Virus record (IMG/VR): IMGVR_UViG_3300031673_000018
Length of the DNA stretch: 64,000 nt
Direction: 5' to 3' (one strand)
Source of the DNA: an uncultured virus (IMG/VR IMGVR_UViG_3300031673_000018)
Taxonomy: Duplodnaviria > Heunggongvirae > Uroviricota > Caudoviricetes
In this document: in pieces, positions 54,510 to 62,843 of the stretch
How positions within the stretch are numbered: the first letter of the stretch is position 1
Layout: each line of letters begins with the position of its first letter
The notes under the pieces: model-generated
Told to the model about the DNA's origin: nothing
The model's input: the letters and a program-made list of their open reading frames with translations, nothing else
The model's database searches: none
Position numbers and translations under genes: made by a program

Positions 54510-55256
54510 TTATTCAAGTATTGATGAACTCAATTCTTTCCACTTTTTGTTGAACTCTTCGGATGTGTACTTTAACATAGCACACTGTTGATGTGTGGCG
54601 TTAAGCAGCTGCTCTATGTACTCGGGGAAGTAATCTGTTGCGACGTCGACGAAATATATCCCGAAGTCATTCGACTTATCCTTAGGATCCCCCACGGTGT
54701 ACCTTGCTTTCTTGTTGGTGTATTCCGGCTGCGCTCGAGGCCTGCCCTGCGATGGGTTCTTCTTGTGGAATTCGAGGGTCATCTTCTCTGCTTCTTCTCT
54801 AGCGTCCCACTCCGATACCACATGGAACCCTGAGCCATCGCTTGGGCCGCGATAATCTTTAACCCAGTTCTTTATCTCGTGGTTGATCATCGCTATCATG
54901 GTGATGCTCTCGAAGGCCATGATGGTGCCATCCTCGAACTTCTTCAAGGTCCACCACTCGTCGCCGGCGTTGATCTGGTTGATGAATGCCAGGTTCTTGT
55001 AAGTGAAGCACTGCCTGATACCCCAGTTACCGTAGAGGAAAGCTGCCTTCAGTTCGTCGATGCTCAAACATTCGTATGCAGTGTAGCTGTAATCGTAGGT
55101 TGGGTACTCCGTGTATATTCCATCCTCTGCGTCACGGTTCCTCAGCCAGCTATTCTCCTCCTGCTTCTTCGTGAGCTCCTCTATTGTGAAGTGCTTGCTC
55201 TCGAACTTCCTGTCGTTGTCTATTGGCCACCCATATTCGTCATAGGTCTTTACCAT
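54510..55256 (-). CDS. Hypothetical protein
   Basis: Start reassigned to the ATG after the SD of element copy I. Confidence 0.65.
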   Translation of the reverse strand: MVKTYDEYGWPIDNDRKFESKHFTIEELTKKQEENSWLRNRDAEDGIYTEYPTYDYSYTAYECLSIDELKAAFLYGNWGIRQCFTYKNLAFINQINAGDEWWTLKKFEDGTIMAFESITMIAMINHEIKNWVKDYRGPSDGSGFHVVSEWDAREEAEKMTLEFHKKNPSQGRPRAQPEYTNKKARYTVGDPKDKSNDFGIYFVDVATDYFPEYIEQLLNATHQQCAMLKYTSEEFNKKWKELSSSILE

Positions 55257-55261
55257 ATTTT

Positions 55262-55305
55262 CACCTGCTCGCATGTTTAGGTCAGGCGCCGAGTAACTAG
55301 CTCGG
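55262..55305 (-). ncRNA. Two-hairpin leader element, copy I
   Basis: CCGAG-CUAGUUA-CUCGG + CGCCUG-ACCUAAACAUGCGAG-CAGGUG. Confidence 0.85.
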
Positions 55306-55321
55306 ATAAAATAAAAAGAGG

Positions 55322-55588
55322 TTAAGAAAGATTGATTGATATCGTGCTTATCTTTCTGCCCTCGTCCATTTCTTGGGTGCCGATGTCGATGCTTTGCACA
55401 TCGACGTGGGCGAATCGGTTTCTCAGAACCTCAGCGACGTCAACCGCCCGGCCTATTGCGCGTCCCCGGGCGGCGATGGTTACCTCCCCACAATCATTCA
55501 GTGTCATGAGGCATGTGGGGATGTAGTCCATTACTGGTCTCTCGCTGCCGACGTATACCGTGTCGTATCTTTTTGCCGTTGTACTCAC
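55322..55588 (-). CDS. albA: Alba DNA/RNA-binding protein
   Basis: VYVG..PVMDY...VTIAARGRAIGRAVDVAEVLRNRF...IDIGT...ISTISI. Confidence 0.95.
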   Translation of the reverse strand: MSTTAKRYDTVYVGSERPVMDYIPTCLMTLNDCGEVTIAARGRAIGRAVDVAEVLRNRFAHVDVQSIDIGTQEMDEGRKISTISINLS

Positions 55589-55591
55589 CAG

Positions 55592-55969
55592 TCAGTCTTT
55601 AAACAGCCTCGGGAGACCTGAAGCTACTGTGAGCTTCTCACGGGTCTCCTTCGCTATCTTCTGCCAGAACTCTTCTTCCGTTATTTTTGCGCTGTATATT
55701 CTCCGGTGTCCGCCTTTGCCTGTGATCGTCGTGTAATCTAGGAAGTGGTCGTCAACCATGTCGTTGAGGAAGTTTATGACGGACGCTCTGCTGATCGACG
55801 TCCTCTCTCCCTCCAGCCTCATGTTGACTGCTTCCCAGACATCATGGCTACTGCTGCCGTGATCATCTAGATCCGATTTCGACCACAGGTAACGCATCGC
55901 TACTTCTTGGTAGTCCTTCAGTATTAGTCCGAGTCCGGGGCTCTGAGTCAGGTCTATAGATATCTTCAT
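55592..55969 (-). CDS. BlaI/MecI/CopY-like winged-helix regulator
   Basis: QEVAMRYLW..SHDVW..ISRASVINFLNDMV..GKGGHRRIY; start after element copy J. Confidence 0.8.
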   Translation of the reverse strand: MKISIDLTQSPGLGLILKDYQEVAMRYLWSKSDLDDHGSSSHDVWEAVNMRLEGERTSISRASVINFLNDMVDDHFLDYTTITGKGGHRRIYSAKITEEEFWQKIAKETREKLTVASGLPRLFKD

Positions 55970-55974
55970 GTTTT

Positions 55975-56018
55975 CACCTGCTCGCATGTTTAGGTCAGGC
56001 GTCGGGTAGTGAACCCGA
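55975..56018 (-). ncRNA. Two-hairpin leader element, copy J
   Basis: UCGGG-UUCACUA-CCCGA + CGCCUG-ACCUAAACAUGCGAG-CAGGUG. Confidence 0.85.
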
Positions 56019-56163
56019 TTCATCTTAGACTCATCTTCTCCTTTCTCGGCGGCGAGGTTCGCTTCTCGGTGACGGTTTACCATGGCACCTAATCACCATG
56101 TGAGGCAGAAAGCCTAGCGGACTTTTACCGCGTCCCCCTCTACCGCTTTCGAGTGGTCGACCG

Positions 56164-56181
56164 TTATGCCCCGGGGCATAA
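56164..56181. repeat. Perfect palindrome TTATGCCCCGGGGCATAA, copy 3
   Basis: Seen directly. Confidence 0.9.
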
Positions 56182-56224
56182 TTTACCTCTCTTCATCCAG
56201 TAACGGTAACTCTTCTGCATAGGT

Positions 56225-56491
56225 TCACTCTTCTTGTATCTCTGTCTCATAGTAATTTGGATCATATTCGTGTATGACGTCAGCCATGTCTATGAGCTCA
56301 GGGTCCAGTTCCTGTGCCTTGGCTAAAACGATCTCAGGCTCTCCGCCTTGGGTGGATTCGTCGAGCCACCACTCTCTTATTCCCTCCGCTTCGGTTACCT
56401 CGAACCAGAAACCTAGCCGCGCCAGTTGCTTCTCAACAGCCACGGCTCTCTCCCTTAGGCTCGAGACAAACCTGATTGTGACGTCATCCAT
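56225..56491 (-). CDS. Hypothetical protein
   Basis: TAATG-coupled ORF. Confidence 0.6.
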   Translation of the reverse strand: MDDVTIRFVSSLRERAVAVEKQLARLGFWFEVTEAEGIREWWLDESTQGGEPEIVLAKAQELDPELIDMADVIHEYDPNYYETEIQEE

Positions 56492-57072
56492 TAGACGTTT
56501 CCTATCCTTGCTCTCACGTATTCGGCTAACGCCTGTTTCTCGGTGTCGTCTAGGTCTGAGGAGTAGAACTCCTTCTCGAGGCCGATTAGCTCCTTCTCAC
56601 TCATGGCTGCCAGGATCCTCTTCTTGAACTCGTCGTAGTCGTTGGTTGACGTCCACCAGTGGATTAGCGGTAAGTCGCTGTGTCTTCGTTTAAAGATCCT
56701 CCTCAGCTTACCGTCCTCGTAGACTAGATGGAATGCTCCGTGGTATGTGTCTACGATTATGGTGGTTGGGTTCTCTCTCCAGCAGAGGCCTCCGCATTGC
56801 TCGCAGACATAGGAGAGCTCAGCCTGGGCTTTCTCGATCGACCAGTTGACGTTTACTTCGTGTTCTCCCTCGCCTCCGAGGACTATGTTCCTATCCCCGC
56901 TGCGCTGCATCTTGATGAGCTCGACGACTGGGTTGCCCTCCTTATAGTTACGGTAGGCGAACCGCCCATCTTCGAGTTCCGGTGTGAGGCAGCCTTCGCA
57001 GTTCTTTCGGATAAGGCCGTTGATGCATTTCCTGCAGTCACCAGCGATCTCAAGGACGTGGATATCAACCAT
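56491..57072 (-). CDS. Hypothetical Cys-motif protein
   Basis: CRKC, CEGC, CEQC. Confidence 0.6.
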   Translation of the reverse strand: MVDIHVLEIAGDCRKCINGLIRKNCEGCLTPELEDGRFAYRNYKEGNPVVELIKMQRSGDRNIVLGGEGEHEVNVNWSIEKAQAELSYVCEQCGGLCWRENPTTIIVDTYHGAFHLVYEDGKLRRIFKRRHSDLPLIHWWTSTNDYDEFKKRILAAMSEKELIGLEKEFYSSDLDDTEKQALAEYVRARIGNV

Positions 57073-57508
57073 TCACTTCATCTCCGTAGTTGTAGACCGT
57101 TGCACCATATTCTCTGGCGAGTAAGCAGTATTCTTCAACTGAAACAAAGCTGAGATTCCCTAGAAGCGCTGCGGCTTTTATGGATGGGTGCATATACTCG
57201 ACGAGCTGGAACTCCTCTACGCCGAAGGAACCTACATCCCGCTCCACCTTGGCGCCCCTGATCCCTTTTATGTCAGGGTCTACCATCGGGGACTGGAAGG
57301 CCCACCTTACTATCTTGTCCTCCGGGATGGATCTTATATTAACCACCGGTGTACCTGGTTGGATGTATTTCTTCCATCCATCCCCGTATCCTTGGATGGT
57401 TCCTTTTGATGCGATTGATCCATCTGCTCTGTGTTCGTTGGGTTTTATGACGGTCCACCCGTTTTTGTGTATTCTTACAAGGACTCCGTCGATTTTTTCT
57501 TCTCTCAT
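57065..57508 (-). CDS. Hypothetical protein
   Basis: ATG at 57508 (MREEKID) with GGAGG RBS, overlapping the RHH gene's natural stop. Confidence 0.6.
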   Translation of the reverse strand: MREEKIDGVLVRIHKNGWTVIKPNEHRADGSIASKGTIQGYGDGWKKYIQPGTPVVNIRSIPEDKIVRWAFQSPMVDPDIKGIRGAKVERDVGSFGVEEFQLVEYMHPSIKAAALLGNLSFVSVEEYCLLAREYGATVYNYGDEVNG

Positions 57509-57664
57509 TGCTCTTCCTCCCCAGCGGTGCGCTCCATGCGCAGCTTCTCGATGAGGGCTTCCCGGGCAAACGCGCTGATACTCGGGCCAATATCCAACTT
57601 CCTCCATGAGCTTGGTGACATCATCAGCTAGGCCCTTCGGGATGCTAACCGTCGTGTACTTCAT
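57505..57664 (-). pseudogene. Ribbon-helix-helix (CopG/Arc) regulator split by a +1 frameshift
   Basis: MKYTTVSIPKGLADDV..VGYWP continues in the +1 frame as SISAFAREALIEKL..stop at 57505. Confidence 0.75.
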
Positions 57665-57894
57665 TGCTCTGCCCCCACTCGGGTCATCAGGTCTTTAAGG
57701 AAGCTCAACTGTCTTTACCTTCTGTGCATCCAATTGCCGTAGAAGTTCCTCTGTTGAATCTGCGAACTCTTTTCGGCTTGGGAAGGTGAGAAGTATAAGG
57801 CAGTTCTCGCAGTCGTTATCACAAGCTGTTAGATGTTCTTGGCAATTCTCTTTCTTTGGTTTTGACATAGTCACTATATCATCCATTTGTTTTT

Positions 57895-57934
57895 CACCTG
57901 CACGCATTCATCAGGTGCTCAGTAGTGAACTGAG
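57895..57934 (-). ncRNA. Two-hairpin leader element, copy K
   Basis: CUCAG-UUCACUA-CUGAG + CACCUG-AUGAAUGCGUG-CAGGUG. Confidence 0.85.
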
Positions 57935-57935
57935 A

Positions 57936-58160
57936 TTAAACCGGCTGGTTTAACTCCCGAATGGATTCTTTAAAGCATAGTGGGCATTCTATACGCCCCT
58001 CGTATCCCTTCTTGTAGTTCTCCACTGAGCCGTGGATTGGGCAGTCAAAGCGGTAGAATGGTTCGAAGCCTCTCCAGCCGGGGAATTTCCTGTGCTCAAC
58101 ATATCCAGTAAACAAGAAGAATAGCTTCATCTTCCAGTCCACATAAGATTGGTATTTCAT
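57936..58160 (-). CDS. Small Zn-finger protein
   Basis: CPIHG..CPLC. Confidence 0.6.
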   Translation of the reverse strand: MKYQSYVDWKMKLFFLFTGYVEHRKFPGWRGFEPFYRFDCPIHGSVENYKKGYEGRIECPLCFKESIRELNQPV

Positions 58161-58420
58161 TATGTATCCCTACTTGTATCCAGATGTTTATCAATTTCGT
58201 TGATGCCTTCATCGAGAAATTTGAATTGGTCTTTTCCCTCGAGTAGCATGAGGCTGCTACCGCTGTCCCACTTGATGCTGTGCTGAGGAATGGAAACTGG
58301 TATAGTGTATGACTGCTGTAGGAAATCGTATGTGCCTCTGTCTCCGGGTTTGAGCTTGGTGTAGGGATCGTCGGTGTGTATTAGTTCTACTCGTCTTCCA
58401 TGGTTCCTGTAATCCATCAT
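58160..58420 (-). CDS. DUF4314-like small beta-barrel protein
   Basis: GRRVELIHTDDPYTKLKPGDRGT..IKWDSGSSLMLLEGKD. Confidence 0.75.
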   Translation of the reverse strand: MMDYRNHGRRVELIHTDDPYTKLKPGDRGTYDFLQQSYTIPVSIPQHSIKWDSGSSLMLLEGKDQFKFLDEGINEIDKHLDTSRDT

Positions 58421-58427
58421 TTTATTT

Positions 58428-58467
58428 CACCTGCACGCATTCACCAGGTGTCTGCCTCTCGGTCAGA
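58428..58467 (-). ncRNA. Two-hairpin leader element, copy L
   Basis: UCUG-A-CC-GAGA-GG-CAGA + CACCUG-GUGAAUGCGUG-CAGGUG. Confidence 0.85.
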
Positions 58468-58650
58468 AAAAATGGGGTTATGTTATTTCTATTAGATTGT
58501 AGATTATATGGAATCCATAAGCTAGAAGTATCATGGAGCCCGATACGATGGCGGTTGGTATGTCTCGTTTCCTAGTGTAGACTAGACAGATTATGCCTCT
58601 CTCGAAACACACTCCGCAGGCCATTAGGAACAGGACGATGATTAACTTCT

Positions 58651-58989
58651 TCATTGCAGCAGACCACAGACCTCGTCTATCAGGTCGTATGTCTCGTCTT
58701 CCACGATGTTACGCCGGTTGAGGGCATGGAAAAACTCTTGGACGAAAAGCTTCCGGACGTTCATATCTACATCCTTGAGTTCGCTGTTCATCGCGTAAGC
58801 GAGGGATGTCGCCAGTCCCCGGGCTGTTCCCCAGCCTAGCTTAGTGCCCCTGTTGAGGGTGCCAGTGACTTCCATCAAGGTCTCAAGTGTCTCCTTGAAT
58901 TCGTTGACTCCGTCGTCGAGCATCTTCTCATGGTCTCTTAGCACAGTGATCAAGAGATCGATGATGTCCATCTTCTCAAGATTGTACAT
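58651..58989 (-). CDS. Hypothetical helical protein
   Basis: EKMDIIDLLITVLRDHEKMLD coiled-coil-like start. Confidence 0.6.
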   Translation of the reverse strand: MYNLEKMDIIDLLITVLRDHEKMLDDGVNEFKETLETLMEVTGTLNRGTKLGWGTARGLATSLAYAMNSELKDVDMNVRKLFVQEFFHALNRRNIVEDETYDLIDEVCGLLQ

Positions 58990-59245
58990 CTAGGTGGGTC
59001 CCCACAAACTCTGTCAGGCTCATCGTGCGATCATCTTTTGCGCTCCAGTGTGCTACAGTGTTCTCGCAGAATGGGCATTGGAGATCAGCTTCCTTCTCAG
59101 TTCCTTCGACCTGTTCTGAAGCTGACCAGTCGATGCATTCTCCGCCGTATCTCTTCTCGCTCTTGTATGCAGTGTACTTGTTTTCCTCGGTTACGTAGAC
59201 AGTTACTTCCTCGTAGTCTTTTTCGCATTTGTTACATGTAGGCAT
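58976..59245 (-). CDS. Zn-ribbon hypothetical protein
   Basis: CNKC..CPFC; follows element copy M. Confidence 0.6.
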   Translation of the reverse strand: MPTCNKCEKDYEEVTVYVTEENKYTAYKSEKRYGGECIDWSASEQVEGTEKEADLQCPFCENTVAHWSAKDDRTMSLTEFVGTHLDVQS

Positions 59246-59251
59246 TCTTCT

Positions 59252-59692
59252 TCACCTGCTCGCGTGTTTAGGCCAGGTGTCAGGTAGTGAACCTGATTGT
59301 TCTGCCTCGACCATAGCGCTAACTATGTTTGGTGATATCTGGAGACCGTGTATAGTATCCAGAACTGGGGTTAGTTTTCCTTCGGAGATTAGTGAAACGA
59401 TCTGATCGTGTGCCTTTACGATGTCCTCGGATTCATTGGCTCTGTAATACCCGAAACTGCTGGCCCCTAATTTGGTTGTCTTGAATCTGCTTTCATCCTC
59501 AATCTTGAATATCATGGTTTCATATTTCCAATGCACATCATCGATGCGATCTCTAAGGAACCCAAAGAATTCTAGGATGTTCTCTGGATCCTCAATAACT
59601 CTGATGGTGCTGATCTCCCACTTTGCATCTCCGACATCTACGTAATTGCGTTTCAACACTCTTGGGTGCAGATCGGTATCTTCAGTTATCAA
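59252..59692 (-). CDS. Hypothetical protein ending inside element copy M
   Basis: C-terminus DTWPKHASR is encoded by the element. Confidence 0.55.
   Translation of the reverse strand: MITEDTDLHPRVLKRNYVDVGDAKWEISTIRVIEDPENILEFFGFLRDRIDDVHWKYETMIFKIEDESRFKTTKLGASSFGYYRANESEDIVKAHDQIVSLISEGKLTPVLDTIHGLQISPNIVSAMVEAEQSGSLPDTWPKHASR
59253..59296 (-). ncRNA. Two-hairpin leader element, copy M
   Basis: UCAGG-UUCACUA-CCUGA + CACCUG-GCCUAAACACGCGAG-CAGGUG. Confidence 0.85.
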
Positions 59693-59769
59693 GGCTTCAT
59701 CGTTTCCTAGCCAGCACTACTCGCATGACCGTCATCTCTATCTCGGTTAGAGGCTTGGCTATCTCTATC

Positions 59770-60528
59770 TCATCCTTCGATAGTTGATTGTCTGTACTCA
59801 TCTTTCTTAACCTTCTTCTTCTCGCGCTTCCTCATCGTCGGGGCGTTGTCGATGAACTTTTGTAGACCTACCTTAGGGGCCTCAAACTTCGGCATGATCT
59901 CCTCGAGGCGCTCCTTAGACAGAGTCTTCCACATAGTCGGGTATCCTAATGGCTGCCACACCACGGTGCCCTCCCAATACTCGAGGGCGATGCTGTTGCA
60001 GTGGACGTTGAGGCTCGGTATGCCGTAGAGTATCGCATTCATGGTCATGTAGACATACATGCGGAAGTCGATGTCCTGGTTAACGTAGATGAAGTTGAGG
60101 CAGCCAACACGCTTGGCGTAGATCTCGGCGGCGCCGATCATGAATCGCCCGCAGCCTGCAGCGGGGTCGTTAAGCCGTTGGGATTCAGCCATCAGTTGTT
60201 CGTCTGTTTGCACGCCGATGGTCATCTCGCACATCATCCTCACGATAGGCATGGGGGTGAAGAACTGTCCTGCCCGGGAGTTGAGTTGCTCTGTCTCTAT
60301 GAGGTATGACCCGAACATGTCATCCCATTCGCCGTGCCTGGGATCCTTCTGGAATTCCTGATGGGCTAACCAGATCTCCCTTATGAGCTCCATGTTCTCT
60401 TTGTAGTCAGCTGCTGTCTCGGGTGTGAAGTCCTGTGCTTCTTTGATGATCTTAGTGTAGATCTGTCTATCCAGTTTCTTGGTTCCGGTTATCGGCTCGA
60501 GGTTCTTCAGTCTCTTTATCCAGCTCAT
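59770..60528 (-). CDS. N6-adenine DNA methylase-like protein (HsdM-type SAM-binding half)
   Basis: GQFFTPMPI, LNDPAAGCGRF, NQDID; no NPP(Y/F) motif seen. Confidence 0.75.
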   Translation of the reverse strand: MSWIKRLKNLEPITGTKKLDRQIYTKIIKEAQDFTPETAADYKENMELIREIWLAHQEFQKDPRHGEWDDMFGSYLIETEQLNSRAGQFFTPMPIVRMMCEMTIGVQTDEQLMAESQRLNDPAAGCGRFMIGAAEIYAKRVGCLNFIYVNQDIDFRMYVYMTMNAILYGIPSLNVHCNSIALEYWEGTVVWQPLGYPTMWKTLSKERLEEIMPKFEAPKVGLQKFIDNAPTMRKREKKKVKKDEYRQSTIEG

Positions 60529-61018
60529 CGTAGTAGCACCATATCTCTGGGTGTCCTGGGTTAGGGCAGTTGCCCCCGTATTCGCATGGGTAAACCTTGC
60601 ACTTTACGGGACAACTTAGACTCCTATTCCATCCATGGTCGCATGGGAGGTCGTCTTCTCGAGTGTAGTCCGGCGTCTTATGCATGAGGTTCCACTCGTT
60701 GTTCCCCCACCTTAAAGCCTCAGCAAAGTCCTTCGTCGTGAAGGCTATCGCTTCTGTTCCTGTCGGCTTATGGGTGATTACTTGCCATGACTCGGCTTCG
60801 ATGTCCTCCCCATAACCGTGCAGCACAACCGTCCTGCTGAAGGTTCGGTAGAGTTCCCATACTTTGTCGACTAGGTTCCTCCGTAGACTCAGCTGGTGGT
60901 TGGGGAGTATGGTTGTTATCTTATCGGCTGGTATCCATGCGTAGTAGTCAACCTCATGCATCGAGTACCCGGGGTTATCCGGGTCATCTCTTTGGAAAGC
61001 GTATTCACATATCCTCAT
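60467..61018 (-). CDS. Hypothetical protein
   Basis: 183-aa ORF with Cys-rich end. Confidence 0.55.
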   Translation of the reverse strand: MRICEYAFQRDDPDNPGYSMHEVDYYAWIPADKITTILPNHQLSLRRNLVDKVWELYRTFSRTVVLHGYGEDIEAESWQVITHKPTGTEAIAFTTKDFAEALRWGNNEWNLMHKTPDYTREDDLPCDHGWNRSLSCPVKCKVYPCEYGGNCPNPGHPEIWCYYDELDKETEEPRADNRNQETG

Positions 61019-61022
61019 TTCG

Positions 61023-61430
61023 TTAATCCTCTGTTGACTCGAATCTATACTCTTTAGCCTCGAAGTCCTTGATCGTTGCGATCACTTCATGGTTGCTGAA
61101 CATGAATAGCTCAGGATACATGAAGGAATCAAACCCATCCCTTTTCAGCATCCTCTCTATCAGCTGGAAATCTTCTTCATCCTCGTAATGATAGCTTAGG
61201 TACATCACGCTATTCGAATAATTGGGATGATTCACCCAGTCTAAGAGTATCTTCTTACCGTCTTTGACTAGATACATCTGTGCATCTAGACCGAAGATCA
61301 TAGCTTGCCAGATGATCTTCAATGGCGTCCATGGAGGATCCTCCCAATTCTTAGGTGCGTATTGTTCTTCATGTGTTTCATCGATCTGATCTCCGCAGAT
61401 TGAACAGGGCTGTCTGATGTATCTTTTCAT
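61023..61430 (-). CDS. Hypothetical protein
   Basis: ORF in operon. Confidence 0.55.
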   Translation of the reverse strand: MKRYIRQPCSICGDQIDETHEEQYAPKNWEDPPWTPLKIIWQAMIFGLDAQMYLVKDGKKILLDWVNHPNYSNSVMYLSYHYEDEEDFQLIERMLKRDGFDSFMYPELFMFSNHEVIATIKDFEAKEYRFESTED

Positions 61431-61434
61431 CTTA

Positions 61435-61866
61435 TCACTTCTTCACGAAGGGCCTCCACCACTGGATGGCTTTCTGGTTGGCGAGCTTGTCGCCTTCCTT
61501 ATCCTCTATGCAGTAGTTGAGGACTCCGTTAGGGAGATCTGTGTCTAGTAGGTTGACCTCGAGGTTTCTGAACTGGGCTACTAGGAATCGGTGCTTGTAC
61601 CTGAGGATGGTTTCGATGAGCTTCTCAAGCCCTCTGGAATGCACCCTCACGGTGCCGTTGACGTTGTATTCCTCGTCTATGAACTCGGTGGTATCCTTCA
61701 CTTCGAATAGGTCCTCGAACTCCTCTGGGGAGAAGGCAAGTATCACCGCTTTCTTTCCCTCCTTAAAGGCGGGATGAAAGGCAGGGTCTACCTGGATCTC
61801 CAGTGTGTGGTAGTCGTCGTCAGGACCCCATCTGTGGGTCTTTACTTCTGTCTCTGCTATCTTCAT
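61435..61866 (-). CDS. Hypothetical protein
   Basis: Follows element copy N. Confidence 0.6.
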   Translation of the reverse strand: MKIAETEVKTHRWGPDDDYHTLEIQVDPAFHPAFKEGKKAVILAFSPEEFEDLFEVKDTTEFIDEEYNVNGTVRVHSRGLEKLIETILRYKHRFLVAQFRNLEVNLLDTDLPNGVLNYCIEDKEGDKLANQKAIQWWRPFVKK

Positions 61867-61871
61867 CTAAT

Positions 61872-61915
61872 CACCTGCTCGCATGTTTAGGTCAGGTGTC
61901 TGCCTCTCGGTCAGA
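61872..61915 (-). ncRNA. Two-hairpin leader element, copy N
   Basis: UCUG-A-CC-GAGA-GG-CAGA + CACCUG-ACCUAAACAUGCGAG-CAGGUG. Confidence 0.85.
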
Positions 61916-62119
61916 ATAAATGAGGGGGTCTACCGTAGAATCCTTGATCTTGTTTTGATGCCGATTATCTCGAGCTCCCATTCCAGTTCATCTGGTTTCT
62001 GTTTCTTGTATTTATCCCCGGTTACTGGGTCTATGCCCTTGTCTCTAAGGTATTGGTTATTGATCCTGTGCTGCTCGATGATCTTCTCCGCTATCTCAAG
62101 GTAAGCTATGTCCATGGTT

Positions 62120-62521
62120 TCATGTTTGCGCATTAACAATCTTTGATATCCCTTCCTGTATTGAATTCAGTTTCTCCATGATCATCACCATCACACGGTT
62201 TTTCTCGCTGAGGGATTCTATCTTTGCCCTCCTGTGTGGGAGGTTGGTGGAGAGGTGATAAGGTCTACCCTCAAGGGAGCATCTTATTAGGTGCGTGTAG
62301 ATGCGAGATATCTCCTCGAGTAGATTGTGGTGGTGTTGACATAATGGAATCTTGGTTTGCTTGATGACTCTTATATCATCTGGTGTGAGGTCTGGTAGAG
62401 TTTTTAGTAAGGTCTGTGCTATAAGATGATGATCCCCATGCGACGGGAGACCACACATTACACATATTACATCCACTGTATCTCCCTCACTAGATCTCTT
62501 CACAGTATAATCCAAGCTCAA
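62120..62521 (-). CDS. Hypothetical protein, possibly HNH-like Zn finger
   Basis: CVMC..HH...IPLCQHHH. Confidence 0.5.
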   Translation of the reverse strand: MSLDYTVKRSSEGDTVDVICVMCGLPSHGDHHLIAQTLLKTLPDLTPDDIRVIKQTKIPLCQHHHNLLEEISRIYTHLIRCSLEGRPYHLSTNLPHRRAKIESLSEKNRVMVMIMEKLNSIQEGISKIVNAQT

Positions 62522-62837
62522 GCATGGCCTCGACTTTAAATGGACTGTTCATAAGCCTGAACCGTATCACCTGTTTGTTCCAACTATCCTCTGAGCAGTC
62601 TTTCCTACATGCCTTGCAGAGCTCGTCGGCTTTCTTCATACGATCCTCCGGCTCTTTGGCTGGTCGAATAAGCCTGGTGCCCAGCTGTGTGCCGTATTTC
62701 TTGAAGTGTTCTTGGCACATGTAGGCGTGTATTCCGAGTGTGGTTTGGGCGTCATACTCTGCCGGCTCCGGTGGCTCACGGCCCTCTTGTTTGCAGAAGT
62801 CACAATCAGGTAGCTCGGTCATTGGTGTACTTTCCAT
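62490..62837 (-). CDS. Hypothetical Zn-finger protein
   Basis: CDFC..YDA.T..G..AYMC..H. Confidence 0.6.
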   Translation of the reverse strand: MESTPMTELPDCDFCKQEGREPPEPAEYDAQTTLGIHAYMCQEHFKKYGTQLGTRLIRPAKEPEDRMKKADELCKACRKDCSEDSWNKQVIRFRLMNSPFKVEAMLELGLYCEEI

Positions 62838-62843
62838 CTGGTT

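Noticed and set aside
55257..57907. Conserved leader peptide MRAGE from the loop AUG
   Set aside because: In frame with the downstream gene in only some copies (I, J, K), out of frame in G and O, and ACG in M; treated as false N-terminal extensions
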